Positions 47,528 to 58,468 of a stretch of 64,000 bases of DNA are shown here, in pieces. The number at the start of each line of letters is the position of its first letter. Position 1 is the first letter of the stretch. Under the pieces are notes generated by a model. It did not search any database. It was not told the DNA's origin and was given only the letters and a program-made list of their open reading frames with translations. The DNA is taken from positions 320,001-384,000 of the forward strand of contig CAVZDU010000007.1 of the NCBI GenBank assembly GCA_963774265.1, given 5' to 3'. The position numbers and the translations under genes were made by a program. Source of the stretch: an uncultured Chloroflexia bacterium (lineage in GTDB: Bacteria > Chloroflexota > Anaerolineae > CG2-30-64-16).

Positions 47528-50211
47528 CTAGCGGGCGCTGAAGCGCGGCTTGAAGGCCCGCAGGCGGTTGGCGTTGCTCACCACGGTCACGCTGGAGAAG
47601 GCCATCGCGGCCCCGGCGATCAACGGGCTGAGCAAGATGCCGAAGAAGGGATAGAGCAGCCCCATCGCCACCGGCAGGCCCAACACGTTGTAGATGAACG
47701 CGCCGACCAGGTTCTGCTTGATGTTGCGCATGGTCGCCCGGCTGACCTCGATGGCCGTGACCACCCCGCGCAGGCTGCCTTTGATCAGGGTGATATCGGA
47801 CGCCTCGATGGCGACGTCCGTGCCGGTGCCGATCGCCAGGCCCACGTCGGCCTGCGCCAGCGCCGGCGCGTCGTTGATGCCGTCGCCCACCATCGCGACC
47901 TTCTTGCCTTCCGCCTGCAGCAGGTGGACGTTGTGCGCCTTGTCCTCCGGCAGCACCTCGGCCAGCACGCGATCCACGCCCACTTGCCGGGCGATGGCCT
48001 CGGCCGTGCGGCGGTTGTCGCCGGTGATCATCACCACCTCGATGCCCATGCGGTGCAGCGCCGCGATGGCTTCGGCTGAGTCGGCCTTCACGGTATCGGC
48101 CACGGCGACGATGCCGGCGGCCTGGCCGTCCACCGCGACGTACATCGGCGTCTTGCCCTCATCCGCCAACTCCGCGGCCTGGCTCTCCAGACTCCGTCCT
48201 GAGTCGCCGAGGCGTCCAGGGCGACCCTCGCGTTGCATCAGCTTGAGGTTGCCGATCGCCAGTTTGTGACCTTCGACGGTCGCCAGCACGCCATGGCCGG
48301 GGACAGCCTCGAACGCCGTCGGCTCGGTCAAGGTCAGGTTGCGCGCCTTGGCGCCTTCGACGATGGCCTCAGCCAGCGGGTGCTCCGACGACCGTTCCAC
48401 CGCCGCCACCAGGCGCAGCAGATCGTCGGCCAGCCATGCACCGGCCACAGCTACATCGGTCAGTTCCGGCTTGCCCTTGGTGATCGTGCCGGTCTTGTCC
48501 AACACCACGGTCTTGATCGCCTGGGCGGTCTGCAAGGCTTCACCGGAGCGGATCAGGATGCCATTTTCGGCGCCCTTGCCGATGCCGACCATCAGGCTCA
48601 TCGGCGTCGCCAGGCCCAGCGCGCAGGGGCAGGCGATGATCAGCACGGTCACGCTCGTGACCAGCGCGTACACCAACTGCGGCTGCGGGCCGAAGTTGAA
48701 CCAGACGACGAAGGTCAGCACGGCCAGGATCATCACGATGGGCACGAAGTAGCCGGAGATCGTGTCGGCCAGGCGGGCGATGGGCGCTTTGCTGTTCTGC
48801 GCGTCCTGCACCATCTTGACGATCTGCGCCAGGGCCGTGTCCTTGCCGACCTTGGTCGTGCGGAACTTGAACGCGCCGGTCTTGTTCAGCGTGGCGCCGA
48901 TCGACTTCATCGCCCGCCCTCTTGCTGACCGGCAGCGACTCGCCGGTGAGCATGGACTCGTCCACCGCCGAGCTGCCTTCCAGGATCACGCCGTCCACGG
49001 GCACCTTTTCGCCGGGGCGCACCTGCACCACATCGCCGACCAGCACTTCCTCGACCGGGATGTCAAGCTCCTGGCCGTCGCGGATCACGCGGGCGGTCTT
49101 GGCCTGCAGCCCCATCAGCTTCTTGATGGCCTCGCTGGTGCGGCCCTTGGCGCGCAATTCGAGCGCCTGGCCCAGCACCACCAGCGCGATCACCACGGCC
49201 ACCACGTCGTAGAACGGCTCCGAGGTGCCCTCGGGGAAGAGGCGTGGAAACAAGATGGCGACGGTCGAGTAGAGCCAGGCCGCGCCGGTGCCGAGCGCGA
49301 TCAGGGTGTTCATGTTGGCCGCGCGGTGCTTGAGCGCGGCCCACGCGCCGGTGAAGAAATGGCCGCCCGACCAGACCAGCACGGGCAGGGTCAGCAGCGC
49401 CGCAGCCAGCCACGCCAGGCGCAAGGTCGCCATGCTCCAGTCGCGCACGAACGGGATGTACTGCGGATAGGCCGTGATCAGCACCGGCAGCGAGATGATG
49501 GCGGCAAAAAGGAACTTACGGAACAGGCTGCGGTATTCGCGGTCATGCTCCGCCTCTTGCTTGTCGACCGGCTCCTCGCTCGCGGCCGGCCGGGCCTGGT
49601 AGCCCCAGTCCTCGATGACGTCGTGCAGTTGCGCCAGGGTGGTTTGCTGGGGCAGGTACGCGATAGTGGCTTCCTGGGTGCCGACGTTGACGGACGCGCT
49701 CGAGCACGCCCGGCGTCGCGCGCAGGTCGTCCTCGATGAAGCCGACGCACGAGGCGCAGCGCAGGTCCTCGATACCGATGCGGGTCTGCGCGCCGCCGGC
49801 CCGGAAACCGGCCGGCCGGAGGCCGCGGCCAGGGCCGCGGTGGTCGTGCGCTGCGGATCGTACTCGACCGTGACCACGCCCGCGCCGGCGTTCGCATGTG
49901 CGCTGCGCACGCCCGGTACGCCAGCCGCGGCGGCCTCCACGGCGCGGCCGTCGCCCTCCCGCTGTCAGCCCCAGCACCGGCAGCTCGATGCGCGCCAACG
50001 GCAGGTCGGGGTTGAAGCCGGTCGTGGCAGAGCCGGCCGGCAACGAGGCTTCCGTCACAGCCAGTTCTGCGTGGGTGTAGCGGTGCGGGTCGGCATCGAA
50101 CTTTTCGACGCAATTGGGTGAGCAAAAGTAAAACGTCTGTCCCATGCGCTCGCGGCTGGCGGCCGCGTCCCGGGGTTCGATATCCATGCCGCAAACAAGG
50201 TCTCTGACCAT
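47528..50211 (-). CDS. copA: Copper-translocating P1B ATPase with N-terminal YHS and HMA domains, several frameshifts
   Basis: [52 protein letters not shown] and MAFSS. Confidence 0.92.
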
Positions 50212-50379
50212 GGTACAAGTCCCTTTCTCAGCGCCTTTGCGCCCAATGCCATGATAGCAGATCCAGCCCCCCGGCACACGCGCAGATTTATGGGCATTGA
50301 CACGCGCCGAACGGCCTGTTATCGTTGGGCATACCAGAACTCCAGTCGTGCCGTCTGGACTCCGCGCCAACCCAGTAAC

Positions 50380-50413
50380 AAAAAAGGCGGGAGATCCACC
50401 GATCCCCCGCCTT
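50380..50413 (-). terminator. Intrinsic terminator after the YHS gene
   Basis: Minus strand AAGGCGGGGGATC-GGT-GGATCTCCCGCC-TTTTTT. Confidence 0.7.
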
Positions 50414-50436
50414 CACGGCACCTGCCTCCAGGCACG

Positions 50437-50610
50437 CTAGTGCTTGTGCGTGCCGTGTTCCTCTGCCTTGCCGGCGTACTTGGCCGGCTCCTTGTCGAAT
50501 GCCTTCTTGCAACCGGCCGAGCAGAAGTAGTACGTCTGCCCCTGGTAGTCGGACTGGCCGGCGGCCTGCTTGGGATCTACGTCCATGCCACACACGGGAT
50601 CTTTAACCAT
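50437..50610 (-). CDS. YHS/TRASH domain metal-binding protein
   Basis: MVKDPVCGMDVD..YQGQTYYFCSAGCKKAF..PAKY. Confidence 0.9.
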   Translation of the reverse strand: MVKDPVCGMDVDPKQAAGQSDYQGQTYYFCSAGCKKAFDKEPAKYAGKAEEHGTHKH

Positions 50611-50714
50611 GGGAACCTTCCTTTCCAGATTTGAACCTGCGTGTGAGGGCATTCGCTCTGGTGACCAAGCCAGCTCGAATACTTCACGCGCGCAAAGTCA
50701 TACTACCACGGGGA

Positions 50715-50981
50715 TCATCGTATGTGCAGCGCCAAATGCTGTGTCGTGAGCAAGCCCACGTCCAGGTTGGCCGAGCGCGCACGATGAGCGAGCGGGGGAT
50801 TGCACGCGCCCAGGATCACATAACGGCGGAAGTCCGCGTTGATTTTCTGCTTCAGTGTGGCCTTCACGTCAATCTGCGTCAACACGCCGAAGCCTTCTGC
50901 TTTGAGCGCATGGGTTGTTTTCCGGACGGCTTGCTCGTAGGGCAGGTTGATTCTAGCGCGCATACCAATATTAATCACCAT
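50715..50981 (-). pseudogene. DUF302 protein, apparently 3'-truncated
   Basis: LKAEGFGVLTQIDV, YVILGACNPPLAH, VGLL, then no LPC motif and similarity ends. Confidence 0.65.
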
Positions 50982-50996
50982 AGGGATTCTTCCTTA

Positions 50997-51554
50997 TCAG
51001 GGTAGTGTTTTGAGGTAGACGATCACGTCGGCCAGATCATCGTCGCTGATTGTCCAGCGCGGCATGTCCAATTTCAACTGCGTGCCGTCGGGATCTTGAC
51101 CCTTCACTACCGCCAGGCGGAACTTTTCGAGATCGAATTCGCCCTGCAAGACCGACCAGCGAATGTCCTTGGCGTCCATCACTTGATTCATGCCCATGCG
51201 GTGTACGCCGCCACGCCCATCCGTGCCGTGGCATGAGGCGCACGCCAGTTGCCCGCTCCCCATCATCCAGCCGCTCGACGCTGGGCCGCCCGAGTAGGTG
51301 ACGGCCGTACCGCGTTCACTCGTGGCGGTGAAATAGATGCGTTCACCGTTCGAACGAAAGGCCCCCGCCCCCCAGGCAGTTCCACCAGACATCATCCCCT
51401 GTCCCGCGCCTGCGCTAGGCCCCGGTGATCCAGTGGTTCCACCAAGCCCCACGCCAGGTCCCGTTGCCCCGTTGGATGGCGTACAGCCTGCGAGCCACAG
51501 AGCCGTCACGACGAGTAATACGATGGCAATCGCTGGTTTTGTGTTCATAGTCAC
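50997..51554 (-). CDS. Monoheme c-type cytochrome lipoprotein
   Basis: Lipobox LAGC, NGERIYF, CASCH, MPRW. Confidence 0.85.
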   Translation of the reverse strand: MTMNTKPAIAIVLLVVTALWLAGCTPSNGATGPGVGLGGTTGSPGPSAGAGQGMMSGGTAWGAGAFRSNGERIYFTATSERGTAVTYSGGPASSGWMMGSGQLACASCHGTDGRGGVHRMGMNQVMDAKDIRWSVLQGEFDLEKFRLAVVKGQDPDGTQLKLDMPRWTISDDDLADVIVYLKTLP

Positions 51555-51638
51555 AAATTCACCTCCATCACCCCTTCACGCTCGTCCAGCAGACCCACCG
51601 GAGTAGCCGCGCGCATCCTGGACACCCGCACACCTGCT

Positions 51639-51968
51639 TCAACCTCGCTCTAGACAGAGTGTTGTGGATAGTAACAGCATAGCCGAAGGGATCAGCCCTG
51701 TCATCAGCGCAAACGATAGACCCGGTATAGCAAAAAGGCCGCTTATCTTGGCGGCCCCTTCAACTTCTATCGTACGATGTTTGGCGCCGACCTGGTTGGC
51801 CGGCGGCGCCGCGATGAGCTGTGAGTAGGTGGCTATGGCGATGATGCCGAGCAGCATGCCCAGAAGCAACCACGCTACAGCGGTCCAACGCGGAGCAGAG
51901 ACTGACCCGGCTGGGGATGTGGATATCACGGTGTCCGATGCTGTCGAGACGGATTCTTCATCGGTCAT
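51639..51968 (-). other. Probable truncated membrane-anchored protein
   Basis: ATGA-coupled to the DUF2085 gene; one TM helix, then lower-GC sequence with no recognisable domain after ~51780. Confidence 0.35.
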
Positions 51969-52749
51969 GCGATTACCCATCCTTGAGGCTCGTCGTCTTC
52001 TAGCGTGAACGATCCAGCGCGGCGCAGCGACCTGTCCACGAAGGGCAGCAGCCAGAAGATCAGGCCGAACGCGGCCAGCAGGCCGGTGACCAGCCGCGCC
52101 AGGGAGTTGAAGGAACCCCAGGCATCCCCGGCGTAGAAAGTCGGCGGCAACAGGTTGCCGGTCAGGACGGCCAGCCAGGCGTTGCTCTGCCGAAAGCCGG
52201 CGGTCACGCCCCACAGATCGCTGAGCATGTGCGTGCCACCGTCCAGGGCCATCGGCAACATCAGCAACAGGGCTGCCTGCCAACGCAGTCCCCGGCCAAT
52301 CGGCCGCAACCTGCGCACCCGGCCGCGCAGCAGGCCGTAGAGCAGAGCGAACAGGAACCACCCGCCGTAGAAGCTTACCATCCGGTCACTCCAGGCGAGC
52401 TTCCAGCCCAGCCCCGGCGTGCCGAGGAAATGGCGCAATGCGAAAAAGTCGGCGCTCGGCGCCGCTCACCGCCCGGATCTCGGCCAGCGAGGGCGTGAAA
52501 CTCGGGCCGAACAGGAACCAGGAGCGCTGCGGCAGTTGGTGGCAGAACAGGCTATAGATGTAGTAGATCCACCAGGCTGGCCGGTACCAACCCAGGTGCA
52601 TCAAGACCGGCGCCAGCCAGGGCAGGAGCGTCCAGATGCCCAGAACCAGGCCGACAAAGAGCAACCAGTGCCGGAGCAATCCCTGGACGAAGCGATCTAC
52701 CCCTGCGGCCAGGGGGGAAGTTGGAGCTGGTGGAGGAGATAGCTGTCAT
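51965..52749 (-). CDS. DUF2085 membrane protein, frameshifted
   Basis: LPWLAPVLM, YSLFCHQLPQRSWF, GWKLAWSDRMVSFYGG, PMALDGGTH, ARLVTG. Confidence 0.78.
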
Positions 52750-52805
52750 CGTGTCACTCCTGTGTGCGTTCCGGCCAAGACTCCCTGATTTGGCCGGAAC
52801 GCTCT

Positions 52806-53265
52806 CTAATACACGGTGGCCGGAACAGCCCGCGCCGGGCTACGCTTGAGCCGTAGCACCCAGACGACCGCCACCAGGTAGCCGGCGTAGGCCAGGACTG
52901 CGGTCAGGGAAGGCACAGGGTCGTAGCCGAAGAGAGTCTTCAGTAACTGGCTGCGAGCGGAATTCGCGGGCAAGACGGCACCGAGGTTCCAGACCGGATC
53001 AACCCGGCCCGGCAGCACGGTCGCCTCCACCAATTCATGCACGCCGAGCGCCACCATCCCGGCGGCAAAGGCCAGTAGGAGGACGCCGCTGACACCGAAG
53101 GAACGCTTGAGGTCGCGACGCACAACCCCCGCGGAGCGCAGCACGCCCAACGCCACGGCCGCCTCCAGACCAGGGGCGGTCCCGATCAGCACCGAGGCCG
53201 TCCCAGTGTGGAAGGCGGCGGCGACCAACAGCAGGGCGAGCTCGATCCCTTCGCGCCTCCTGAAG
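52806..53265 (-). pseudogene. C-terminal half of an FTR1/EfeU iron permease
   Basis: REGIE motif, AAGMVALGVHELVEA, VWN, LLKTLFGY..PS; N-terminal half absent. Confidence 0.7.
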
Positions 53266-53277
53266 ATCCCTGATTTG

Positions 53278-54174
53278 TCATCGTTTGCCGGGCGTGCTGA
53301 CAGTACCCGAACCCGCCGTTGCGTTCGCATATTGCGGCCGCGTCAGCAAGTATGAGCTGAGTTTCTGGAGCTGCAACTGCCAGTCTGCCTGCCAGGCAAA
53401 GAGCTCATCGAGCAGGCGCAGCGCGTCCGGTCCGCGGTTGAGTTGATAGAAGATCAGGTCGCAGACCGACAGTCGGCACACCAGGTCCAGGCAGATCAGA
53501 TCGTCGAGCGCCTGTATGACCGCCGCCTCGCTGGCGCCGACTCGGTAGACCAGGTCGCTCAGCTCGACCGCCGACAACTTGAACCGGTACAAGTAGGCCA
53601 ACACGTCGCGCTTGACTGGCGAGTTGAGCGCATTGGCTGCCAGCGCAGCTACCGCCGGCTCCAGCCCCTCGAACACGTCGAAGGCGACTGGGTCTCGCGC
53701 CGTGAGCTGGCGGACGCCAGCCGCCAGGGCTTCAGGCGCGGCCGGCCCCGAGAAGCTGAGGACCACAGTGCGGCTGCCTTGCCGCACGAAGTAGGCGCTG
53801 GCGCCGGACGGCAGGGTCAGCCCCTGGAACGCATCGGGGCCGCTATCGTGCAGAGCCGCCACCATGCCCTTGGCGACCAGCTCTTCCAGGCGGTAATCGC
53901 CTTGTGTCTGCACGACCCGGCCAGCCTCATCGTAGGTGGCAGCGCCCAGGAGCCGAGCCTTAGGCTTCAGCCGACTCAGCACAACGATCGCGGCCGTCAT
54001 CGGGATGGCATACCAGAAATGGCTGGCGAACGCGGCCAGGCCGCCTTGCCAGTTCCCGTGCATCACCAGGAACATCCGCAGCGCATCCAGGCTCCACCCG
54101 GCCAACGCCAGGAAGGCGATCAGAAGCCAGGTGTCTGCCCGGAGGAGTTTCTCACGGATATCAATCCTCATCAC
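53278..54174 (-). CDS. Hypothetical protein: two TM helices, alpha/beta middle domain, winged-helix-like C-terminus
   Basis: 298-aa ORF with host-like codon use; hydrophobic N-terminus; KRDVLAYL..LSDLVYRVG..VIQALDDL..FYQL. Confidence 0.65.
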   Translation of the reverse strand: MMRIDIREKLLRADTWLLIAFLALAGWSLDALRMFLVMHGNWQGGLAAFASHFWYAIPMTAAIVVLSRLKPKARLLGAATYDEAGRVVQTQGDYRLEELVAKGMVAALHDSGPDAFQGLTLPSGASAYFVRQGSRTVVLSFSGPAAPEALAAGVRQLTARDPVAFDVFEGLEPAVAALAANALNSPVKRDVLAYLYRFKLSAVELSDLVYRVGASEAAVIQALDDLICLDLVCRLSVCDLIFYQLNRGPDALRLLDELFAWQADWQLQLQKLSSYLLTRPQYANATAGSGTVSTPGKR

Positions 54175-54251
54175 CAGTCCCTGCGAAGTTCGCCCGCCAG
54201 CGCCGCCAGTTACCCTCCCTCTTTCCCGGTTCCCAGATTGGCAGCGCGGCG

Positions 54252-54533
54252 TCAGTGACAGGCAGCGCTCCCCTTGCCGCCGGTTTGCCCGACGCCGGCC
54301 TCGGTGTCCGGTCGACTGGCGGCGTCCGCCGCGCGGTCATTCTGCCTGCGTCCCATCATCAGCACGTGGCTCAGCGGACAGAGCAAGATCAGGCCATAAG
54401 TTAACACCTGGGGCGCCGGGATCTTCAGCACAAAGATCGCGGCCAGGGCCACCGCTGGGACCAAGCAGCATAGGATCATCAGCAGCACATGCCGCTTGCC
54501 GTGTAACATACTGTGTTCCATGTGCACCCCCAT
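54252..54533 (-). CDS. DUF2933-like small membrane protein
   Basis: HVLLMILCCLVP, LILLCPLSHVLMMG, C-terminal CH. Confidence 0.75.
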   Translation of the reverse strand: MGVHMEHSMLHGKRHVLLMILCCLVPAVALAAIFVLKIPAPQVLTYGLILLCPLSHVLMMGRRQNDRAADAASRPDTEAGVGQTGGKGSAACH

Positions 54534-54641
54534 TCGGTCGGGCGAAGTGGCGTCTGGCGAGCAAATCCGCGCCGAATGGCCGCGGCATGCCAGAACGGTT
54601 CACGGTTAGCGAACGCCGCGTAAGCCAGCAGTCGAAAGCGT

Positions 54642-54860
54642 TCAGCGCGCAGGAAAATCGCGGGAAATGTCAGGCTCATCGTCAACGGCCAGCAGCGCCA
54701 TCAGCCGCCGGGCCAGTAGCACCAGCGCCAGCAGTCCGGTCGGGGCCACGAGCCACACCGGCGCGGCCAGGTAGAACACCGCGACGAGCGCCGCCAGCGG
54801 CACCAGGCAACACACGGCGAGCAGCAGGACGAGCGTCTTGGAAATGGTCTGGTTGTGCAT
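54642..54860 (-). CDS. Small membrane protein resembling the neighbouring DUF2933-like protein
   Basis: GAGGTG RBS; LLAVCCLVPLAALVAVF shares the CCLVP motif. Confidence 0.55.
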   Translation of the reverse strand: MHNQTISKTLVLLLAVCCLVPLAALVAVFYLAAPVWLVAPTGLLALVLLARRLMALLAVDDEPDISRDFPAR

Positions 54861-55057
54861 GGCCGTCTTCACCTCACCCCTGATATGCTCAGGCTTGTGA
54901 AGTCGATCATAGTACAAAGCTGGTGCGCTGTGCAGCGCCAGGCGGCGGGTCTTGTGCTCAGCCATTCGGCGCGGTTGTGGGAAGCGGAACGAGGGGGCCG
55001 TTGCGCTGCGGGAGGAGGTGCATTTGAGCGATGGCAGATGGGCGATCGGTGGGCAAT

Positions 55058-56779
55058 TCAACGGAGCAGCGGGAGCTGCGCTGTAATAGTGACGCCCTGA
55101 CCGGGGCTGGACGTAATCGTGAGCTGCCCACCGTAGAGTAGAACACGCTCGCGCATGCCCATCAGACCGAAGTGGCCCTGGTGGGCCAGGTCAGCCGGCT
55201 GCTCCGGCGGGGTAAAGCCGACGCCATCATCCCCTATGACCAGGGTGAGCGTAGCGGCTGCAAAGGTGACTTCCAACCAGGCTCGGCTGGCCTGGGCGTG
55301 AGCGGTCACGTTTGCCAGCGCCTGCTGCACGATGCGATAGGCGGCCAGTTCCAGATCGGAGGCCAGGCGAACCACCTGACCATGCACCGCTAGATGTACG
55401 CTCAGGCCATACCGCTCCTCGGTCTGGTGCGCCAGCATCTCGAGCGCGGGCACAAAGCCGAGATCTTCCAGGTAGATCGGTCGCAGGTCGCCGATGATCC
55501 GGCGCAGGCTCGCGACCTCCTCGTCAATCAGGCTGTTCAGCTCCTGGAGCCGGGCCTCGACACGGGCCGGGTCGCGGCCGAAGGCTTTCAACGCCATCTG
55601 GCCGCGCTGCTTGAGAGCGATGAGGCCCTGGATGGTGACGTCGTGCAGCTCGTGGGCCAGGCGGGTGCGCTCCGCCTCTTGGCCTTGGGTGATGGCGCTC
55701 AGGTAGTCCCGCATGCCACTCTGGTAGGACCGGATCCGCTCGGCCATCTGGGCCAGGGTGACGCGCAGGTCGTCTATTTCCTGCACGCCACCCACCGGCT
55801 GCTCGACTGCGTCGAAGTCCCCCCAGGCGACCCGCGCGGCCCGCCGATCCAGCTCCTGCAATGGCCGCACAACGCTGAGCACGCCGAAAGAGACAGCCAA
55901 CAGCGCGACCACTGCCACGAAGAGCAGGAGCAACGGCAGCACCTCGACCGCGCTCATGCCCATCGCGGTGATCGTGTGGACATCCTCGACGGTCGCCAAG
56001 GTCCAGCCCGGGGGTTCCACGTGCGCATAGGACACGAGCAGTTCCCGACCCTGGCGATCGCGCAGATAGGTCGAACCGGTGCTGGCCGGTGGCAAGCTGC
56101 CCAGCACCGCCGGATCCACAGCCAGACCGGCAGGGTCATGGTGGTGAACGCGCCGCCCGGTCTGGTCGAGGACGAACATGGCGCCCTGCATCTCGCCCTC
56201 TAGCAGCAGGTTGCTTTCGGCCAGGCTCAAGGCCTCCACCGGCAGCGCGCCGACCAAGACTTTCCCGCCGGACGCCGGCACGGCAATCAACAAGCGCGCG
56301 GCATCGTCACTTGACAGATCAGTCTCGTATTGCGTCTGGCCGACAGCCGCTGCGCGCGCGGCCAGGAGACGCGCCGTGTTGCTCGCCGCCCAAGCAGTTG
56401 CGGCCGGCGAAGCGGCCACGAGTGCGCCCTGGTCGTCCAGCCAGGCCAGACCACCGGTGAAACTGCCAATAGCATCAAGTGGTTGATCGGATAGGGTCGC
56501 AGGGAGCTCGGCAGCGGGTAATGTCGCCGCCAGGCGGGCCAGCACGGCAACCTGTTGCGCGATCTCGCGGCCTAAGCGGTTCGCTTCGGCGGCCGCCACG
56601 CCCCGGTCGCGATCTTCTACCAGGCGCGTCATCGCCTGCCGATGGCGCGTGACACCGGCGAGTGACAGTACGATCAACACCACTGCCAGCGGCAGGATGG
56701 TCCAGAGCAACAGTTGAGCGCGGAGACCGCGCAGGAGCCGATGGCGCCCGCGTGGCGGTCCGGTTGAATCAGGCGTCAT
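55058..56779 (-). CDS. Sensor histidine kinase (extracytoplasmic Cache-like domain, HAMP, HisKA_3)
   Basis: QEAERTRLAHELHD, LRPIYL, YRIVQQALAN, DDGVGF, GHFGLMGMRER. Confidence 0.92.
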   Translation of the reverse strand: MTPDSTGPPRGRHRLLRGLRAQLLLWTILPLAVVLIVLSLAGVTRHRQAMTRLVEDRDRGVAAAEANRLGREIAQQVAVLARLAATLPAAELPATLSDQPLDAIGSFTGGLAWLDDQGALVAASPAATAWAASNTARLLAARAAAVGQTQYETDLSSDDAARLLIAVPASGGKVLVGALPVEALSLAESNLLLEGEMQGAMFVLDQTGRRVHHHDPAGLAVDPAVLGSLPPASTGSTYLRDRQGRELLVSYAHVEPPGWTLATVEDVHTITAMGMSAVEVLPLLLLFVAVVALLAVSFGVLSVVRPLQELDRRAARVAWGDFDAVEQPVGGVQEIDDLRVTLAQMAERIRSYQSGMRDYLSAITQGQEAERTRLAHELHDVTIQGLIALKQRGQMALKAFGRDPARVEARLQELNSLIDEEVASLRRIIGDLRPIYLEDLGFVPALEMLAHQTEERYGLSVHLAVHGQVVRLASDLELAAYRIVQQALANVTAHAQASRAWLEVTFAAATLTLVIGDDGVGFTPPEQPADLAHQGHFGLMGMRERVLLYGGQLTITSSPGQGVTITAQLPLLR

Positions 56780-57437
56780 CCAACACTAGCCAGCCCAGCT
56801 TCAGCGCCTTCGTCACCGCCTCGGTGCGGCTGGCAACCGCCAGCTTGCCGTAGATGCTGGCTAGATGCCCCTGCACCGTGCGATCGCTGACGCCCAATTC
56901 GGCAGCAATTGCTTTGTTGGTCAGGCCGTGGGCGGCCAGGCGCAACACCTCCAGCTCGCGCTCGGACAGTGGCTCGACCTGCTCGGCGGCCGCCGCCGGT
57001 TTGCCGGAGGTCATCTGCGCAACCACCTTAGCAGCGATGTCTGGAGCCAACACCTTGCCGCCGCTCGCGACCGTCTTCACTGCCCGCACCAGGTCGTCAG
57101 GGTCGCTGTTCTTCAGCACGTAGCCGTCGGCGCCGGCGCGCAGCAGGGCGAAAACGTACGGATCCTCATCGTAGGCGGTGAGGATCAGCACCCGGATCTC
57201 AGGGTAGGCGGCCTTGATCTGGCGCGTGGCCTCGATCCCGTTCACGCCGGGCATCTGCACGTCGAGCACGGCCACGGCCGGCCGGTATTCGCCAGCCAGG
57301 CGCACAGCCTCGGCGCCGCCGGATGCCTCCGCCACCACCGTGACCTCGCCGTCCTCTTCCAGGAACTCACGGATGCCTTTGCGCACGATGGCGTGGTCAT
57401 CGGCGAGCAAGACACGCAACGGCACAGAACCCATCAT
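56769..57437 (-). CDS. NarL/LuxR family response regulator
   Basis: LADDH, LDVQMP, LTAY, GYVLK, LSERELEVL..GLTNKAIA. Confidence 0.95.
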   Translation of the reverse strand: MMGSVPLRVLLADDHAIVRKGIREFLEEDGEVTVVAEASGGAEAVRLAGEYRPAVAVLDVQMPGVNGIEATRQIKAAYPEIRVLILTAYDEDPYVFALLRAGADGYVLKNSDPDDLVRAVKTVASGGKVLAPDIAAKVVAQMTSGKPAAAAEQVEPLSERELEVLRLAAHGLTNKAIAAELGVSDRTVQGHLASIYGKLAVASRTEAVTKALKLGWLVLDDA

Positions 57438-57466
57438 GGCACACCGTCCTCTGTCACGCGACAGTA

Positions 57467-57895
57467 CTAACGTTGAACCAGGGAGCGTCCGCTGGCTTCC
57501 CAGGCGACCATGCCGCCGGTCAGGTCGTAGACGTGCGTGTAGCCCATCTCGACCAACCGCCGCGCGGCGATGTCGCTCATCCGTCCGCTGCGACAGTATA
57601 GCACGATCTTGGCGTCTTTGTCCGGCAGTTGCGCCAGGTGGGCGTCGATCTGATCGTAAGGGATCGAGAGATCGGTTCGCGGCAGGTCACCCTCAAAGGG
57701 AATGTGCACGTTGACCAGGGTGAAATCCTTCGGCCCCGCCAACATCCGAGCTAACTGGTCCGCGGTGAACCGGGTGATCTCTGCGCTGGCAGGGGTGGCA
57801 AGCCGCGCCGTGGTCTGCGGCAGTGGGGCCGCCGCACAGGCGCTCAAGATCACAGCTGCGGCGAGCCACAGCATGACAAGGTTCGGTATCTTCAT
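57467..57895 (-). CDS. Rhodanese-like lipoprotein
   Basis: Lipobox [22 protein letters not shown]. Confidence 0.88.
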   Translation of the reverse strand: MKIPNLVMLWLAAAVILSACAAAPLPQTTARLATPASAEITRFTADQLARMLAGPKDFTLVNVHIPFEGDLPRTDLSIPYDQIDAHLAQLPDKDAKIVLYCRSGRMSDIAARRLVEMGYTHVYDLTGGMVAWEASGRSLVQR

Positions 57896-57912
57896 GGCTA
57901 CACTCTAATCTT

Positions 57913-57959
57913 ACGAACGAAGCTGCGAGGATCCAACTCATCCTCGCAGCTTCATTCGT
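57913..57959. terminator. Strong hairpin between the SHOCT and rhodanese genes
   Basis: GAAGCTGCGAGGAT ... ATCCTCGCAGCTTC 14-bp stem. Confidence 0.5.
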
Positions 57960-57960
57960 T

Positions 57961-58200
57961 TCAGGCGCTAAGCTTCTGGCGCAGCGCATCGAACTCCTGC
58001 GCTGTGATCTCGCCGGCTGCCAGCCGGCGGCGCAGCGTTTCCAGCGCGGTGTCGGGCGGCGTGCTGCGGCTCGCTCCGCTCTGGCTCGAACGCGTCAGCG
58101 TCACGACCAGCCAGACCGCCAGGCCGATGATCAGCCCCCAGAACAGGAGCATACCCAAGCCGCCCAAGAGGCCCATACCCCAACCCCAACCACCCATCAT
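57961..58200 (-). CDS. SHOCT domain membrane protein
   Basis: MMGGWGWGM, TM helix, ALETLRRRLAAGEITAQEFD. Confidence 0.88.
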   Translation of the reverse strand: MMGGWGWGMGLLGGLGMLLFWGLIIGLAVWLVVTLTRSSQSGASRSTPPDTALETLRRRLAAGEITAQEFDALRQKLSA

Positions 58201-58408
58201 AAATCTACCCTCACTTTCTCCAAGAGAGGCGGCATCGTATCACGCGACGCTTCGCACTTTCACCCTATATCATCGCGCAGCCGGGGCGGGGTGCCAGGGC
58301 TTTTTGGCGTAGATCGACATTAGGCCATTCAGCGCGGTCACTGCATGTGTTCCGTGCGCAACGCTATCATCACGCCAAATGGCGCATTCCCATCACGCCG
58401 GACGGCGC

Positions 58409-58437
58409 TTACCAGCGCGACGCCCGGTTGGTATACT
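58409..58437 (+). promoter_or_regulatory. Sigma70 promoter of the redox/selenoprotein operon
   Basis: TTACCA, 17-nt spacer, extended -10 TG-G-TATACT. Confidence 0.6.
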
Positions 58438-58468
58438 ACCGCTGAATGTCCGTATCAGGAGTAACCCT

